A DNA stretch of 48,550 bases from positions 1-48,550 of the forward strand of contig JBMNOM010000001.1 of NCBI GenBank assembly GCA_050943075.1, in the 5' to 3' direction. The notes beneath the pieces were generated by a model. The model was not told the origin of the DNA. It was given only the letters and a program-made list of their open reading frames with translations, and searched no databases. Numbering within the stretch: position 1 is the stretch's first letter; the number at the start of each line of letters is the position of its first letter. A program made the translations under genes and the position numbers. This DNA comes from Christensenellales bacterium. Its GTDB lineage: Bacteria; Bacillota; Clostridia; Christensenellales; UBA1242. Positions 29,301-39,500 of the stretch are shown here, piece after piece.

Positions 29301-30468
29301 CTTCAATTTTGTCAAAGTTTGCGTTTAATGGAAAAATTGAAATTAACGCTTGCAAATTAACGGCTGAATTAACACCTGATAAAAGAATATTTGTTTCCGC
29401 CTCATTTTCAAGTTTGTTGTTAATTAAAATGTTGTCTGGATATTCCAAAATTTCCACATCAAAAGTTCTTACAATTTCATAATCCAAATCTTCATAGTCT
29501 TTATAGTAAGCAACAAATTTAATTCTTGTTGTTAAATTTGGTTTGATTGCTTGCAAGTTAAAATGAAAAATTGTTGCGTTCTCTGTGATAGTTTTGTAAT
29601 TGTCCACATTTGTTTGCAAAATTGCTGCAATGTCATTTTCAACAATTGCTTTAACAGCAATTAATGGTGATGTTGTGAACGCTGCAACATTAAGTTCAAT
29701 TGAAGATAGGTCTGACCTGTTTGAAACAAGAATGAGTTTGTCTGCTTGTGTTGTTTGTGTGCCTTGTTCAATTGAAACAAGTTCTCCAAGCCCTTTAAGA
29801 ACTTTAACTTCTTCAATTTCGTTAACAAATTCAACAACATATTCTTGAACTTGCGTTATGTATGGGGAAGAAACATAAATTTTTGCGCTTGTTTTGCCAG
29901 CGTATTCTTCGCTGTTTGCGTCAACTTTTGTAATTTCTTCACCTTTTTCATTTTTGAAAATTAATGTTTTTTGTAATGTTGTTGATGGGTAAAATTCAAA
30001 AAGATTGGAATTTAAAATTAATGGTTTTGAATATTTTTCCCCTCTAACTGCATAAAGAGCTGATGCTTTGAGTGCAAAACTTTCAACTTTTTCTGCAATT
30101 GTAATTTTAACTGTTAAATTGTTTCCACCTTCTGCAATTGCTTTAAGATTAACAAGTGCATCAGCTTTTAATGCTTTAAATTTAACTGTTGTTTTATTTG
30201 TTTGATTACTGAAACTCAGCACTTCAACTTGTGAAATTGAGTTTGAATCTGTTGTGAAAAACAACCTTCCACTTGCATTTTTTGGCAAGGAAGAAACAGT
30301 GAAAGAAATTGTTTTTTCTTCTCCAACAAACATGGAAAGAACACCAGAAGTATCCCCCTCGTAGCTTGCTGTTATTTTAATATCCTTTAAGGTAAGCCCG
30401 CACGCTGTTAAAAGCAGCGAGCTTGCCATTATTAATGTGAATATTAAGGATTTTAAAAACTTTTTCAT
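20395..30468 (-). CDS. Giant surface lipoprotein (3,357 aa) with Ig-like segments and GLUG-type solenoid repeat blocks
   Basis: Uninterrupted ORF with SD AAGGAGA 6 nt upstream of ATG 30468. The signal peptide MKKFLKSLIFTLIMASSLLLTAC carries a lipobox. Three blocks open with cap-like motifs (e.g. NNPFIISTAEQFKNI at about 27560-27617). Each is followed by GG[ILV][VAF]G / AGFV..N.G.I repeats. Confidence 0.9.
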   Translation of the reverse strand: MKKFLKSLIFTLIMASSLLLTACGLTLKDIKITASYEGDTSGVLSMFVGEEKTISFTVSSLPKNASGRLFFTTDSNSISQVEVLSFSNQTNKTTVKFKALKADALVNLKAIAEGGNNLTVKITIAEKVESFALKASALYAVRGEKYSKPLILNSNLFEFYPSTTLQKTLIFKNEKGEEITKVDANSEEYAGKTSAKIYVSSPYITQVQEYVVEFVNEIEEVKVLKGLGELVSIEQGTQTTQADKLILVSNRSDLSSIELNVAAFTTSPLIAVKAIVENDIAAILQTNVDNYKTITENATIFHFNLQAIKPNLTTRIKFVAYYKDYEDLDYEIVRTFDVEILEYPDNILINNKLENEAETNILLSGVNSAVNLQALISIFPLNANFDKIEVSYNKSSGLSGEVKDYIEFTYDKKPLPETITDITKPIVARGVASTNEFIISLNLKMFYGSELELDENTSFKTYQLNFVVKKGAESLSIDEEWRDGRLFLEKTQGQKLFRGFYVNSIDAYTGNVQIGAKTQDASLFARVEVESTEEIYNGKKYIVLKITPLSVGSGRWNIRVGNVSRDFTVDVVDSVTSVELDFDPLKSSTTSKRTYNPNNGLEKIGVELVRDALTNPTLQYKANLQLIFKITPGNFNLKNTLLYTLSVLPTNSTTSLVEFSESTKMLSIRTDENGFDRQVFTLIFKMKKVENFSLKEVEETDADYENYVFERNLAVNAYIPLERIMFNQTSVDLYSDNELGYYYKNLSRANLVLQTQPISLQSKIELKAENFTSTVDISVDPNNNKLLVLKERGTYNIETGEFTLNLTNDIYSSFRINFTVNYNDRIYSAYFQINPVRYEAPKNVRLSAPVNLIYLDPANPTFDLMPYVLPDTAVHQELQYQFLADTGVSGELVKLETLPNGGARVRYNENGAYINENIRQTGKLIIVAKAAITIASTMPGASLQIDIRIGTGGINNPFIISTAEQFKNISILGLDKHYEIRTVIDFSGVQFVNLGVFTGSIRGGLGAAITGISVTNFTTADSKAYAGLFASIEPQRDSQNQAKPGTGVIENLAIWGQINVQVKDDLDVNSVYIGLLSARIGAEAVIKNVSVKLSESQVHIKKQVPIYVGGVAGENSGKIVNEVGYKYENQTGIQQSFYNQNVSALTMLGKFTMYNYFSTASLSAQSYFGGITGHNTTAGEIVRRNYISNYKLYGKDIYFAYAEMTLKPAGESGSESAFNFYIGALAGQNAGQIHTQNALNIGDLQAEFSNKKFDNLLKVGGKIEFAQAYNVVGGLVGQNIGTQFLKLIVSRVKVHGRNRGETTAYFGGLFGINNGSTTEYLALQAIEDGTSLGKDASQLYSGSFGAVAADENNVNVFGFDATAQKGIEINDTLAAQKHFLAQTYVGVSVPDGQPLPTGKRRFVDFNISPSLTNYYGDMLIGEIGQVFEEALATLSATPLEENVLASEEGSVSMAYLYYYEALNKQDQALLNTINTYSLPFVTEGEVSIYSFNPNTITVLSSSQLRIMQTGFAQIRITSMLNQRIYKDVVIYIANAASNFALYKDGSKELIIADSINVGAAGSLININTLNNVVLTSVFYETLDANDFGGYDIPLVNSNDFTLYATDYSYDAIQTVLFEKNNATYQLRAINSTGRTTIEIKAKLEVVYSDGNVYSSTFLKNEEVDTSVNIPVMHLIGASKIESNISSVKAEPIDNFDYEVKLTTDDFSDNLNLTQFKVINSDMVAGNYFTITNINKIYNISVANFLPENFFKNQEENLENKKIAIEITKHVGQNTQTKQIIIEINPITKMLRFENGAFSQSLNLDTNTVFTLDERIDVTYSFELFLKNENSSEYDVKDENYDLTSFIKLNYIAQRFNASLTIKEDSASIANYNFRYQDEKAQISLNIEVQILTQQIANIIVQSFEGSTSQDIEAGKEENNFVDPQATNPNHFKVQVYPVFSQFDYLDVVLLNDNLSAIISLIDQSGNTVRGAVLLDKGLRVDKSLITSDIYIKYALSQAGATNGQTVNFAFKAYKGNQIAFETVKTVNVKFKKDVTININNNYKDQNENFYLARGKNYSFTIQSNGYLESEIFLTTTNAEYLAISKANRTISVSQVISTYPENNIAGTISVYGQKIINGQALRSEIHTINFVIVDFIVLKNNEYSIIKDGSNGIVSVPIGDTYTFKTEFLNGLTAEYNSSILTVVEGVKAFENNLANSGIWRYQMATPTGDGGYEFLEDSANWRTINNNTSIPNGTTLVSLNDTNGYFTIVKSRGNLVFTPYKIVSDKNPMYKFGFEYGYDYKQGKAEYSTTQNITQVEFVMNIYQISSMDTPTPVASYEELIAMNPNSYYILTNDIIIPHDHTPITTAIAGLDGNSYKFVLASNLSFNADSQYMGIFASIPEKTLLRNLKIEVVQSAIVTLTQAESAKTIYFGLLAGINRGIVSNVEVVTAGNTSVKVLFSQNQVVSNYVAGLVGFNQGYITNSRVKMTISAAANLSGFVGYNIGKISSSYVAESLIINTASVNESQNKTAGFVVYNGQYSESGGQIIMSYVSGKHTGLFMLPIYANDTSKVILSSTEAAGFVFENNGLVQDSYSNIPLQTSSKAAGFVFYNKGEVVRAYSTSMLKNNAVETSFGFVYIDDITSMGIIKDSFYLRDITANINASINTTNSMVNPEFLKPLTIQEFTDSNSSFFKNYNFTNSTAVSHGVWFRPTMTQESQFNNNSKVFILGKPELVSPNLIAESKMEIDMDRTVENKETGEITYYYTNVGEHAQGSLHNPTLIISAQELEFRILSSNSGSFNTKYYRIVSDINYDSVNPVSRLYNTILVGDIEGNGMIISGFVVDSAATFASGGLFAKIGNGSSSQGSVKNLSVKPLSINLPNVNVVGGLAGTLDAGVIFNIKVENASSSDNTNVIIGKNIVGGIIGRATANYVIHTVKSSVSVNAIFRSNKTLNPNEILTDGIGSYFLFRNHQTTLLSKLSYAAPVVAVAGGTGTISSVTSNGQIVAMAEWASLVFGGVGNGVKINNVRLEVETGQFVQGATYSALVAAEFYGQMTDVYVNSNSQNAHTTLFRTSPYNPYGVGGVVGLMGSKGNLQNSELAAGGLLKNVVINIRFEAPTVNRVGGVVAEMIGGKLESVTFNGSVKGKIIVGGLVGAITQKATAPIKLNEATLVSNGFADANIIVNSISKGGTIGLENIDNKGTAFIGGLVGLISKAKDGVALNVRIIGSKSESEVRVKYDTYNVAFDELYAGGLVGFVFNDSDVADSLTLSFDSNSGFTGRIVLYLRILQQIGEGPTHYISWGHIVGYMNKGSVDQPTGFVPTYKANQVVYNAESVAQDGKDYILLRIFNSSTGVFESMAQTFWENRYNQVGTQATV
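30400..30468 (-). other. Type II (lipoprotein) signal peptide of the 3,357-aa protein
   Basis: MKKFLKSLIFTLIMASSLLLTA|CG. The Cys codon TGC is at 30400-30402. Confidence 0.75.
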
Positions 30469-30522
30469 AGTGTTTCTCCTTGCCTTTTTGCAATGTGTAA
30501 AAGTTTGTTTTTGTTTTACTTC

Positions 30523-33500
30523 CTATTCCTCAGGAATTGGAATTATTGTAAGTGTGAAGAGTGTTCCATTTGGTAAACCAAGCACAACAGTTCCACCTTG
30601 ATTGTAAAAAGCATCTTCTGCTTCTTCGTTGTTGTAATAGCCTTCAATTGTGTTTCCCTCAATTGTTATTGAGTTAACAGCAATAATTAAGCCTGCGCTT
30701 CCGCCATTTTCTCCATTTGAGCCATTTCCAGCAATAATTTCGCCTGTGTTTGAAATGAGCCCCATATTCAATCTGTTGCTTTCAAAACTCATTAAAACGC
30801 CATAGTAAATATTAATTTGAGGATCTCCATCTTCGTCAACATAATCTTCAGTGTAGAAGTTGTAAACCACAATGCCGGCTGCATTTCCACCAGGTTGTCC
30901 TGTTGCGCCATTGCCAGCGGTAATATTACCAGTGTTTTCAGATTTTGTGATACCTCTTAACAAGTTACCATTTTCATCATAAGCTGGGCTACTACTATCG
31001 TTTGAACCATTGTAAATTGCAATTCCGGCAGCGTCGCCACCTTTGGTTGCTTCAATGATAATACCATCGTTTTCTTGAGTTTCTTTGCCTGCTTTGATGT
31101 CGCCAAAGTTTTTAGCGCCAGTAATTAGCCTTTGGTTAACACCAACAATACCAGCAGCATTGCCGCTTTTAGATGTTAAGTTGTAGAAGTTTAAAACATT
31201 TGAAATTGTGCCGTTATTATTAACAGAAATTCCATAAATTTCATCGTTTGCAATTATGGTTTTAACATCGCTTGCGCTTCCAATTCTTACATTGTCAATT
31301 AAGCCATTATTGTTAATTGCAACACCAGAAAGTGAGAAAAATCCATCAAATCCAATTCCAGTAATTGTTCCTCTATTATCGAAGATGAACGATTTATATA
31401 GAACAGATTGTTCTTCATCAACTGAATTTTGCAATGTTATTTTTTTAGAAGTCATACTTCTTAAACTTCCATTGAAAACATTAATTACTGTTTTATTTTC
31501 TGTCATATTTTCAACAGGGATTGAAATATCGTAATCTAAGATAAAGTCTTTGTCAGAGCCCAAATTAGCAAGAAGAACAAACTCTGCGAATTGTGCTTTG
31601 GTTTTAATTTCATTGTTATCTGGTAGCAATAATCCTTGTGCATTAACACTGGAGAATGTCGAGCTAATGAAATTAAATGTTATGTTTGTTGCACTTGGAA
31701 GTTGTGCTTGACCATTTTCATCGCTATTAATCAAAATATATTGATCTTTTGTTTGGTTATATGAAATTGTGCTTCCTGCATCAAAATTAATTCCACTTTG
31801 ATGATTATCTGTCCCCTTATTATTGAAAAGAATTTGATTAATACTGTCAAATTTTTCACTATAATTATCGATTGCTAATCTAATATTAAGATTTTCAATT
31901 TTTCCTCGTCCAGATAATAGTGACAAGCTTGGATAAGAACCATTAATTATAATTTTTGCATTTCTAGTATCACTGATTTTTCCGTTTATTGTTCCGTAAA
32001 AACTTGGAAGAGGCTCATAAACATCGGCTGCATAATCTTCAGGTTTAGCATGACCAGATGGCGTTTTTGCAAACCTAAAATCTCTGGTTAGATAGTATAT
32101 AACATTATCGTTTTGATATGTATTATTAATAAATATGGCTCTTCTAAGGTCGCTCCAATCATTAATTATAAAGTTTCCATTTGCATCAACATTAACCTTT
32201 GATCCGCCAACATTAGGCACAGTTGTAACTTTTTCAATTTCATAAGGACTGCCACCTATGCCTCCTGGAGTTGTGTAATAATCATTATAAAATAATAATG
32301 CTGTTTGATAAATAATTTTTATATTTCCAAGATTTTTATATGTAAAATATGATGCTTTTCCTTTTCTTAAATCACTATTTTGTAATGAAATATCATCAAA
32401 ACTATATAATTCAAGTGCAACATCTAATAATTCATAAGAATTGCCGTTGAATCCTGCATTTCCGCCAGTTCCACCATGTCCACCAAAGCTATATACAGCA
32501 TCATATAAGGCAAACCAGGGGTTCACATTTTGAAAATCTAGTTCAGCTAGGGATTTTCCTAAAACACCATGTCCGCCAATTCCACCTTTACCACCATATC
32601 CACCTCTGCCTTCAAGTCCTGCAATTGCAATTGGCTGAATTAATGATTTTGCGTTTGATTGAGCAATTTTTGAATTTCCAATTCCTATATAATGAGCAAT
32701 TATTGAACTTCCACCATTTCCACCGTCTCCGCCATTTCCGCCGTTTCCGCCATGGAAACGATCGTTTTTAAGTTCACTCAATCTATCAAAGAATTTAAAA
32801 AATTCAATTGAGGCCTTTTCTCTATTTCCATGTCCACCATCTCCGCCATATCCACCATCGCCACCAGTTCCACCATGGCCGCCAATAATAATGCCAAAAT
32901 TGTTTCCTGTTACATAGCTTTCTGAGCTTATTGATTTTGAAGCAACGCCGCCAATTATGCTTGCATTGCCACCAGGAAGTCCATCTTTTCCATTTTCACC
33001 TGGAAGCCCGTAATCTGTATCAGGACTATCCACAGCATTAAGTCCACCGCCGCCATCTACAATTGTTGGTGAATTGATACTAATTGAATATAGTTTTTTA
33101 CCAATGATACCAACTGTTTCATATGAAGTTGTGCCATCATCAGCCACTAATTCATCGATATAGTCCGACAATGCGGCATATCTCCAAATAATCATAAGTC
33201 TATCTAATGGAAGAGGATCTTTGTAAAGTTGTATGCTTTTTTGCTTATATTTTAAATAAATGTTATTAAGCAAGGTTTGATATAAATTCATTGCTTCTGA
33301 TGAATAAAAACCTTTGTTGTAAAAGTATTTATAAATGTCTCTTACCAATTCAGTTGAGTCAAAACGATAATAACCATTTACAATTGTTATTAATTTAAAT
33401 TTATATAATAAACTTGGATTATTAATAAACCTTTCAACATATTCATTATATAAATTTATAAATGTTTGTCCTAGGTTTTCAAGTGTTGTAAGACCCTCTG

Positions 33501-36500
33501 ATTCATCATTATTGGCGTCTGTTCTTCCAATTCCCAAATATTGTTCGTTTTCAACTTCATAAATTTCTGAATCTGTATAGGCAACCACTGTATAGAAATA
33601 CTTAATGAATGTTTTTTCTTCTTGTGTTAAATATAATCCACCAGTCTTTGTGTCTATGTCAGATTGTTGTATTAACTTATCCAATAATGCATTGTCTCTA
33701 CCATAACCTTGTCCACCATTTCCTGCAATTAATGCACCAAAGTTATTGCCATCAATAATTTCAGCATTTTCGTTGTTAATTGCAACAATTCCACCAATTT
33801 TTGATGCAGATATTGAGTTCGTTCTATGTATGATACTTTCGATATCTTGATATCTTGCATTTTGTCCATCATTTGAAGTGATAACAGCAAAATTGTTAAC
33901 AGATTTAATTTTTGCAAAATTGTTAATTGCCAAACCAGAAAGATTGTTTTTACTATCTGTCACGTCTTCATTAAGCAATTCACCATTTTTTATAATTGAA
34001 CCATATACATTGATGTTTTGCAATAAACCATAGTTTTTATTTACAAACAATGAGTTGTAATAATATGATTTACTTATTGTTCCCAACACATTTAAGTTTG
34101 TGATTGTGGAATCAGCACTTACGCTGTTAATTAAAAATTGTTTTATTGTATCACTGTTAAACTTGTAACTTAACAATTTGTTATTACCATAGATTATTCC
34201 ATCGAATGAATCAATGAACATTTTTACCATGCTGCTGTTGTAATAATCTGATATATCAATATTATTCATTAAAATAATACTAAATGTGCTTGTAACTTCA
34301 TTTCTATATCTGCTTAAAGCTGTTTTCAATTCAGCAAGATTGTAAATTAAGTAAGGTTTTTCTTTTGTTCCATTACCTTGTAAAGTAGTAACATCTTGTG
34401 GCAATGCGCGATTACTTGGTGTTTGTTTAACATCTTGAAGTGTTTTGTTAAACAAAGTGTAAACTGATTCATCAACCACAATTTCGTTATTTTCAGTAAC
34501 AAATTCTTTTCTAACAAGACCATGATTATAGTTTGCAGCTTGGCTGTTTTGACTTGGGCGGTAACCAATTCCATAGGTGTTGTTTTCAAGCAATTCAGCA
34601 TTTTCATTCTCAATATGAGATGAGTAAACAAAGCCATAGTTTTCGTTGCCGTAAATGTCGTTAGAACTGCTTACATTTAAGAATGTTGCTGCAATTCCAC
34701 CTGCATTAATTGTTGCGTCGTTTTCAGATAAACTTGGGTTGATTAAACGAACAATAACATTTCCTGTGTTGATTGTTGATTTAATTGAACCGCCATTAAG
34801 TTTTCCAACAATTCCACCTGCATAGCCATAGTAATTTGAAACAACTGAAACACCAAGATTTTTGGAATTTTCAATTAAGCTGTTTGTTGCAAGCCCTGCA
34901 AATGCACCAACAACACCTGTGCCAAATTTGTCTGGATTATCCATAACAACTTGTCCGTTTGCCAAAGTGAGGTTGTGAATTTCGGTTTCGTTAATTGTTG
35001 AGAAGAAACCATTGTTTGTTTTTTGGTTTTCTTGGTTTGATAAAACTCTAAAACCAGAAATTGTGAAATCATTACCAAAAAGTTTAAGTTTGTTTAATGA
35101 CATTGAATTCCAGTTCCAGCTTGATTGTTCATCAAGTGCACTGAATGTATCTCCATCATCAAACCTACCCATTGCGTCTGTTATGATAATGTCATTTGTT
35201 AAGTAAACATTTTTATTAACACTAATTTGTAACAAATCATCTTTTTGTTTTAAAATTCCCAAGTTTGAAATTAAGTAATCTTTGTCTATTGAAGTTAAAA
35301 CTCTCATGTAATCAAAACTTGAAGAATTATAATTTCTGCCAAATGTTAAATAACCAAAGTTGTAATTTACCTTAAATTCAAAGTTTGTGTTAACACTTGG
35401 TTGCATTGAAAATAATTGTTTTGTGATTAATTTTTGTGCTGTTCCAGCTTTGCTTTCAACACCAGTTGCATAAATGTCATAAGCATTTGTGTCGTTTGCA
35501 CTGTAACCAAACACATTGTTAAGTGATGTGAGTGCTTTTGTTTCACTTTCTTTGTTAAATGCGTTAACTGCATTTGTGTAAGCAAATGAATTTCTAACAC
35601 TTGGGCCTGCATTATTGTTATTCAAAAATGCAACATTTTGATTATCAGCACCAAATGAATATGCAATTCCAAATGGTGTTTTAATATATCCGCTTGAAAT
35701 TGATGTTTTGATGTCGCCTTCGTTAATTCCAACAAAACCAGAAGTTATTGGTCTAATTGTGAATGAACTACCATTAATTTGAATGAAATCTGCAAAGTCT
35801 TGTTCCACAAACAAATTGTTGTTAATTGCTGTGTTTGATGTTGTTTTAACATCAGTAATATTGTTAATTTCAATGTTTGTTAAACTATCGGCAATAAAAC
35901 CTTTATTCAACCCAACAATGCCACCAACAAGGTTTGTGTTTGTAATTAAAAGTTTTGCGTAAAATTCATTGCTGTATGTCGCAAAATCTTGTGAAACATA
36001 TTCTTTTCCTTTAACAGCACTTGCGTAAATTACACCATGGTTAACTGCTGAAAGTGCTCCATAAATTGTGAATGGGTAGGAATAAACGCTTTGGCCATAT
36101 TTGTAAAGATAACCTGAATATCCTTCTGGATAAACATAGTTTTGTTCAATATCAAGTGTTAAATTAAGCCCAGAAATGAATGATTTTTCATCAATTTCAT
36201 TAAACACGCGTTTTTCTGTGTTCTTAAGCTGAATTTGTTTTCCATTTCCAATAATTGCAATGTTGCTGATAGAAGTTTCGCCAAGTTTAATTGCAGGTTG
36301 GTTAAATGTTTGAATGTCACCAAGTGTAAAATATGTTCTAAAATCTTTTCTTAATGTTCTTGCTGACAATGAAGTTGAAGAAAATTCGCTTGAAGAGTTA
36401 ATTTCATAAGGGTTTAATTTATGTCCATTCTTAACAAGTTTACCATCTCCATCAACAGCAAATAGTGAATTTTCTGCTGACAAAATTGTTCTAATTAATG

Positions 36501-39500
36501 ACTCGCCCATTTCATTAAGCAATTCTTCATAAGTTAAGTTTTCTGCAAATATTTTTTCACTTGTGAGGAATAAGCTTGAATGAGTTGTTAAGTTGATTTG
36601 GCTTGAATAATAGTTGTTTGAACCTTGTTCAGTGTTTGCTGCACTTAATGTTTTGTTTCCTGCAACAGCATCTAGCCAAACTTTTTCATTAATTCTGTTT
36701 GTGTAAAGTGTTGTTAAAATTTTATTGTTTTTAACAAGTGTATTGTTTGAAGATGTTCCAACAAGCCCACCAATATAACTTGATTTTGTTTCTGCCACGC
36801 TTGCTAGTGGTTGATAAATTAAGTTAATATCACCAAACGCAATGTTGCCTTCCAAAAGAACTTGTTTGGAATAAATTGTGCTTGAACTTGTTTCAACATT
36901 TGTTGGAACTTTAATTCTTCCAATTAATCCACCCGCATTAATTGAAGAATTGTCATGGCGAACAATGTCAAAAGAAGTGTTAACAATGTTTCCTGTTCTG
37001 TCTGTTGTTGTTCTGCCATCAATTGTTTTTAATGAATATGATGGTGTTAAATCGTTAACTTTAGCATCCAAAACATCAAGATAGCCAACCAATCCGCCAG
37101 CATCAACTTGTTTTGAATTTTCAATTTTAACAACTTGATTTGTGTTGTTTTTGAAAATGTTGGATTCATTTGATGAAGAATTAAGGCTTCCAATAATTCC
37201 ACCAAATCGAACAAAGGCTGAACCAGAATTTGTTGAATTGTTTGAAATTTTTGGGTTAAACAATTTTCCAACAAGGTTTGATGAAATTGTCACAGTGTTG
37301 TTTGCTTCGCCTGCAATACCACCAACATACAAATTGTTTTGGTTTGCTCTAATGTCAAATGAAGTTGGAATGCTTCTTAAATCATCACTTTCTTCACCCT
37401 TACCAACAACAACGTTATCAATTTTTAAAAGCCCTTTAACATTACCCACAACACCACCAATGTGAACATTTGAGTAATTTTCAGTTTGAGTTGGCAATTG
37501 ATTTTGGAATGCAACTGATGGTTTGATGTTAAGTTTTGTGTTTTCTGTGAATGCTGTGTGCACATTGCCACCTGCAAAACCAAACAAACCACCAATGCTT
37601 GCACTGCTTGCAGCATTGTTGTCCCCTGCCTTAAATTTGGCAGCAAAATCAAAGCTTACTGTTGTGGCAACTTCTTTTGCTGGCTCAAGCAACATAATTG
37701 AAGCATTGCCAACAAAACCTGCCAAACCACCTGCTTTAAGTGTGTAATAATCGCTTTCTAAACTACTTCCAGTTAAAGAGATGAAGAGGTTTTGAATGAT
37801 TGCTGCTGGGCCACGATTTGTAAAGCCCAAAGTGTCTCTTGAAAACTCAACGCTTCCTTGAACAACCGCACCAATTATTCCACCAACATTAATGTTTTTA
37901 ACAATTGAAACTGATGGATCATTTGCTGTGATTGAAGAGCCATCAATGTTAATTCCGTTTCTATTATTAACATTAATTTTAATGTTTTTGAATGTTGTTT
38001 TAATGTCACTTGTTGCTTTTGCAGTGATTAAACCCGCATAGAAGTTTGCATCTTTATTTACTGCTTGGCTTGTCACATATTGCATCATAATTTTCTTTGT
38101 TGTTGTGTAATTTACTTCAAGGTTTTCAAACGTTGAGTTAATTGCATGCCCAACAAGCAATGCCGCATTGCGAGATTCTGTGACAATTCTTGAGTTGTTA
38201 ATTATAATATTTTTGAAAATTGCAACGCTTGATTGTTCCACCAAAAGTGCCGAGCCTTTCATAATGTCAATATCATTGTGATAGCCTGAATCTTGAATTA
38301 CAAAATCGCTGAACACAGCACCATTTGTTGCAATCCCAATTAATGCTTCTTTAAGAGCATAACCACTAAAGCCATATTCTGGAACTGGTTTTCCTACAAG
38401 TTCTTCATTTTCTGGTGTATAGCCTTTCAAAACACCACTAAATGATTGAATTTGTTTAAATGTTTCATCAGTTAAACTGCTTAAATCAATAATTTTATTT
38501 TGAGAATCTGGCCCGCCTGCAATGATGATGAATGTTTTGTCTGGATAAGTTGCCATTAATGCAAAATCTGCAGCTGTTCTAATGTAGATGATTGAAGATG
38601 AAACTGTGAACACAATGCTTGGCAACAAGTTGCCTGTTTTTCTTTCCCAGTTGTTTTCATCCCAGTCATTATTTCTGAAAATGATGTCCATTTGAACAGC
38701 GTCAACTGCAACATCTCTAATTTCGTTTAATGGAACAACCTTGTCTGTGATTGTTTTTGGATCATTTTGAGTTCCGCCAATGATAGATTTTTGCAAATAA
38801 TAGTTTTCATTTGCTTTGATGAAATAATTTGTTGTGTAAATTTTTGGCGTTAACAATCCATTGTATGTTTCAGGAATCATGAAGAGATCTGAAATGAGTG
38901 AATTTGGTGAGTCACTTGTTCTTGCAACTGAATGAGCTGAATAATTTATTGAAGCAATGAATTGTTTTGCTTTTGTGTCGTATGTGTATGCATACAAGTC
39001 GTAAATGTCTTTTGTTTCAATTTTGTTGTTTGCACCCAAAATTGTTGGTTGTGTTTTGTTTAAATATGTAATTGTATTAAGACCATCAATAATTATGAAC
39101 ACCTCTTCATAATCATTAAATGTGCTTGGTGCAACAAATTCAACAAAACCAAATGCACCACCTGCACCAGCTGCAAACTCTTCTTGCACACCCACAATTT
39201 TTTCTTTTGATGAAGCAGATTTCAAATCGCCAAAGTGGTAAAGTTCTTGAATTAAAACTGTGCCAATTGGTTTAAGATTTCTGTATTCTGTGTCAACTTT
39301 AAAGTCGCCAATTGCGCCAATAAGTCCGCCAACAAAACGAGCGTTTGTGCCAATTACGTTAACTTTTGCATAGGAATTTGAAAGTTCACCAGAGAACACT
39401 TGACCAACAAGCCCACCCACGAAAAGTGGCTCGTAGTCTGCATTTGCTTCAATGAATAATGTTTCATTTCCTCTTGTGAATGTCAAGTTTGTGTTGTAGT

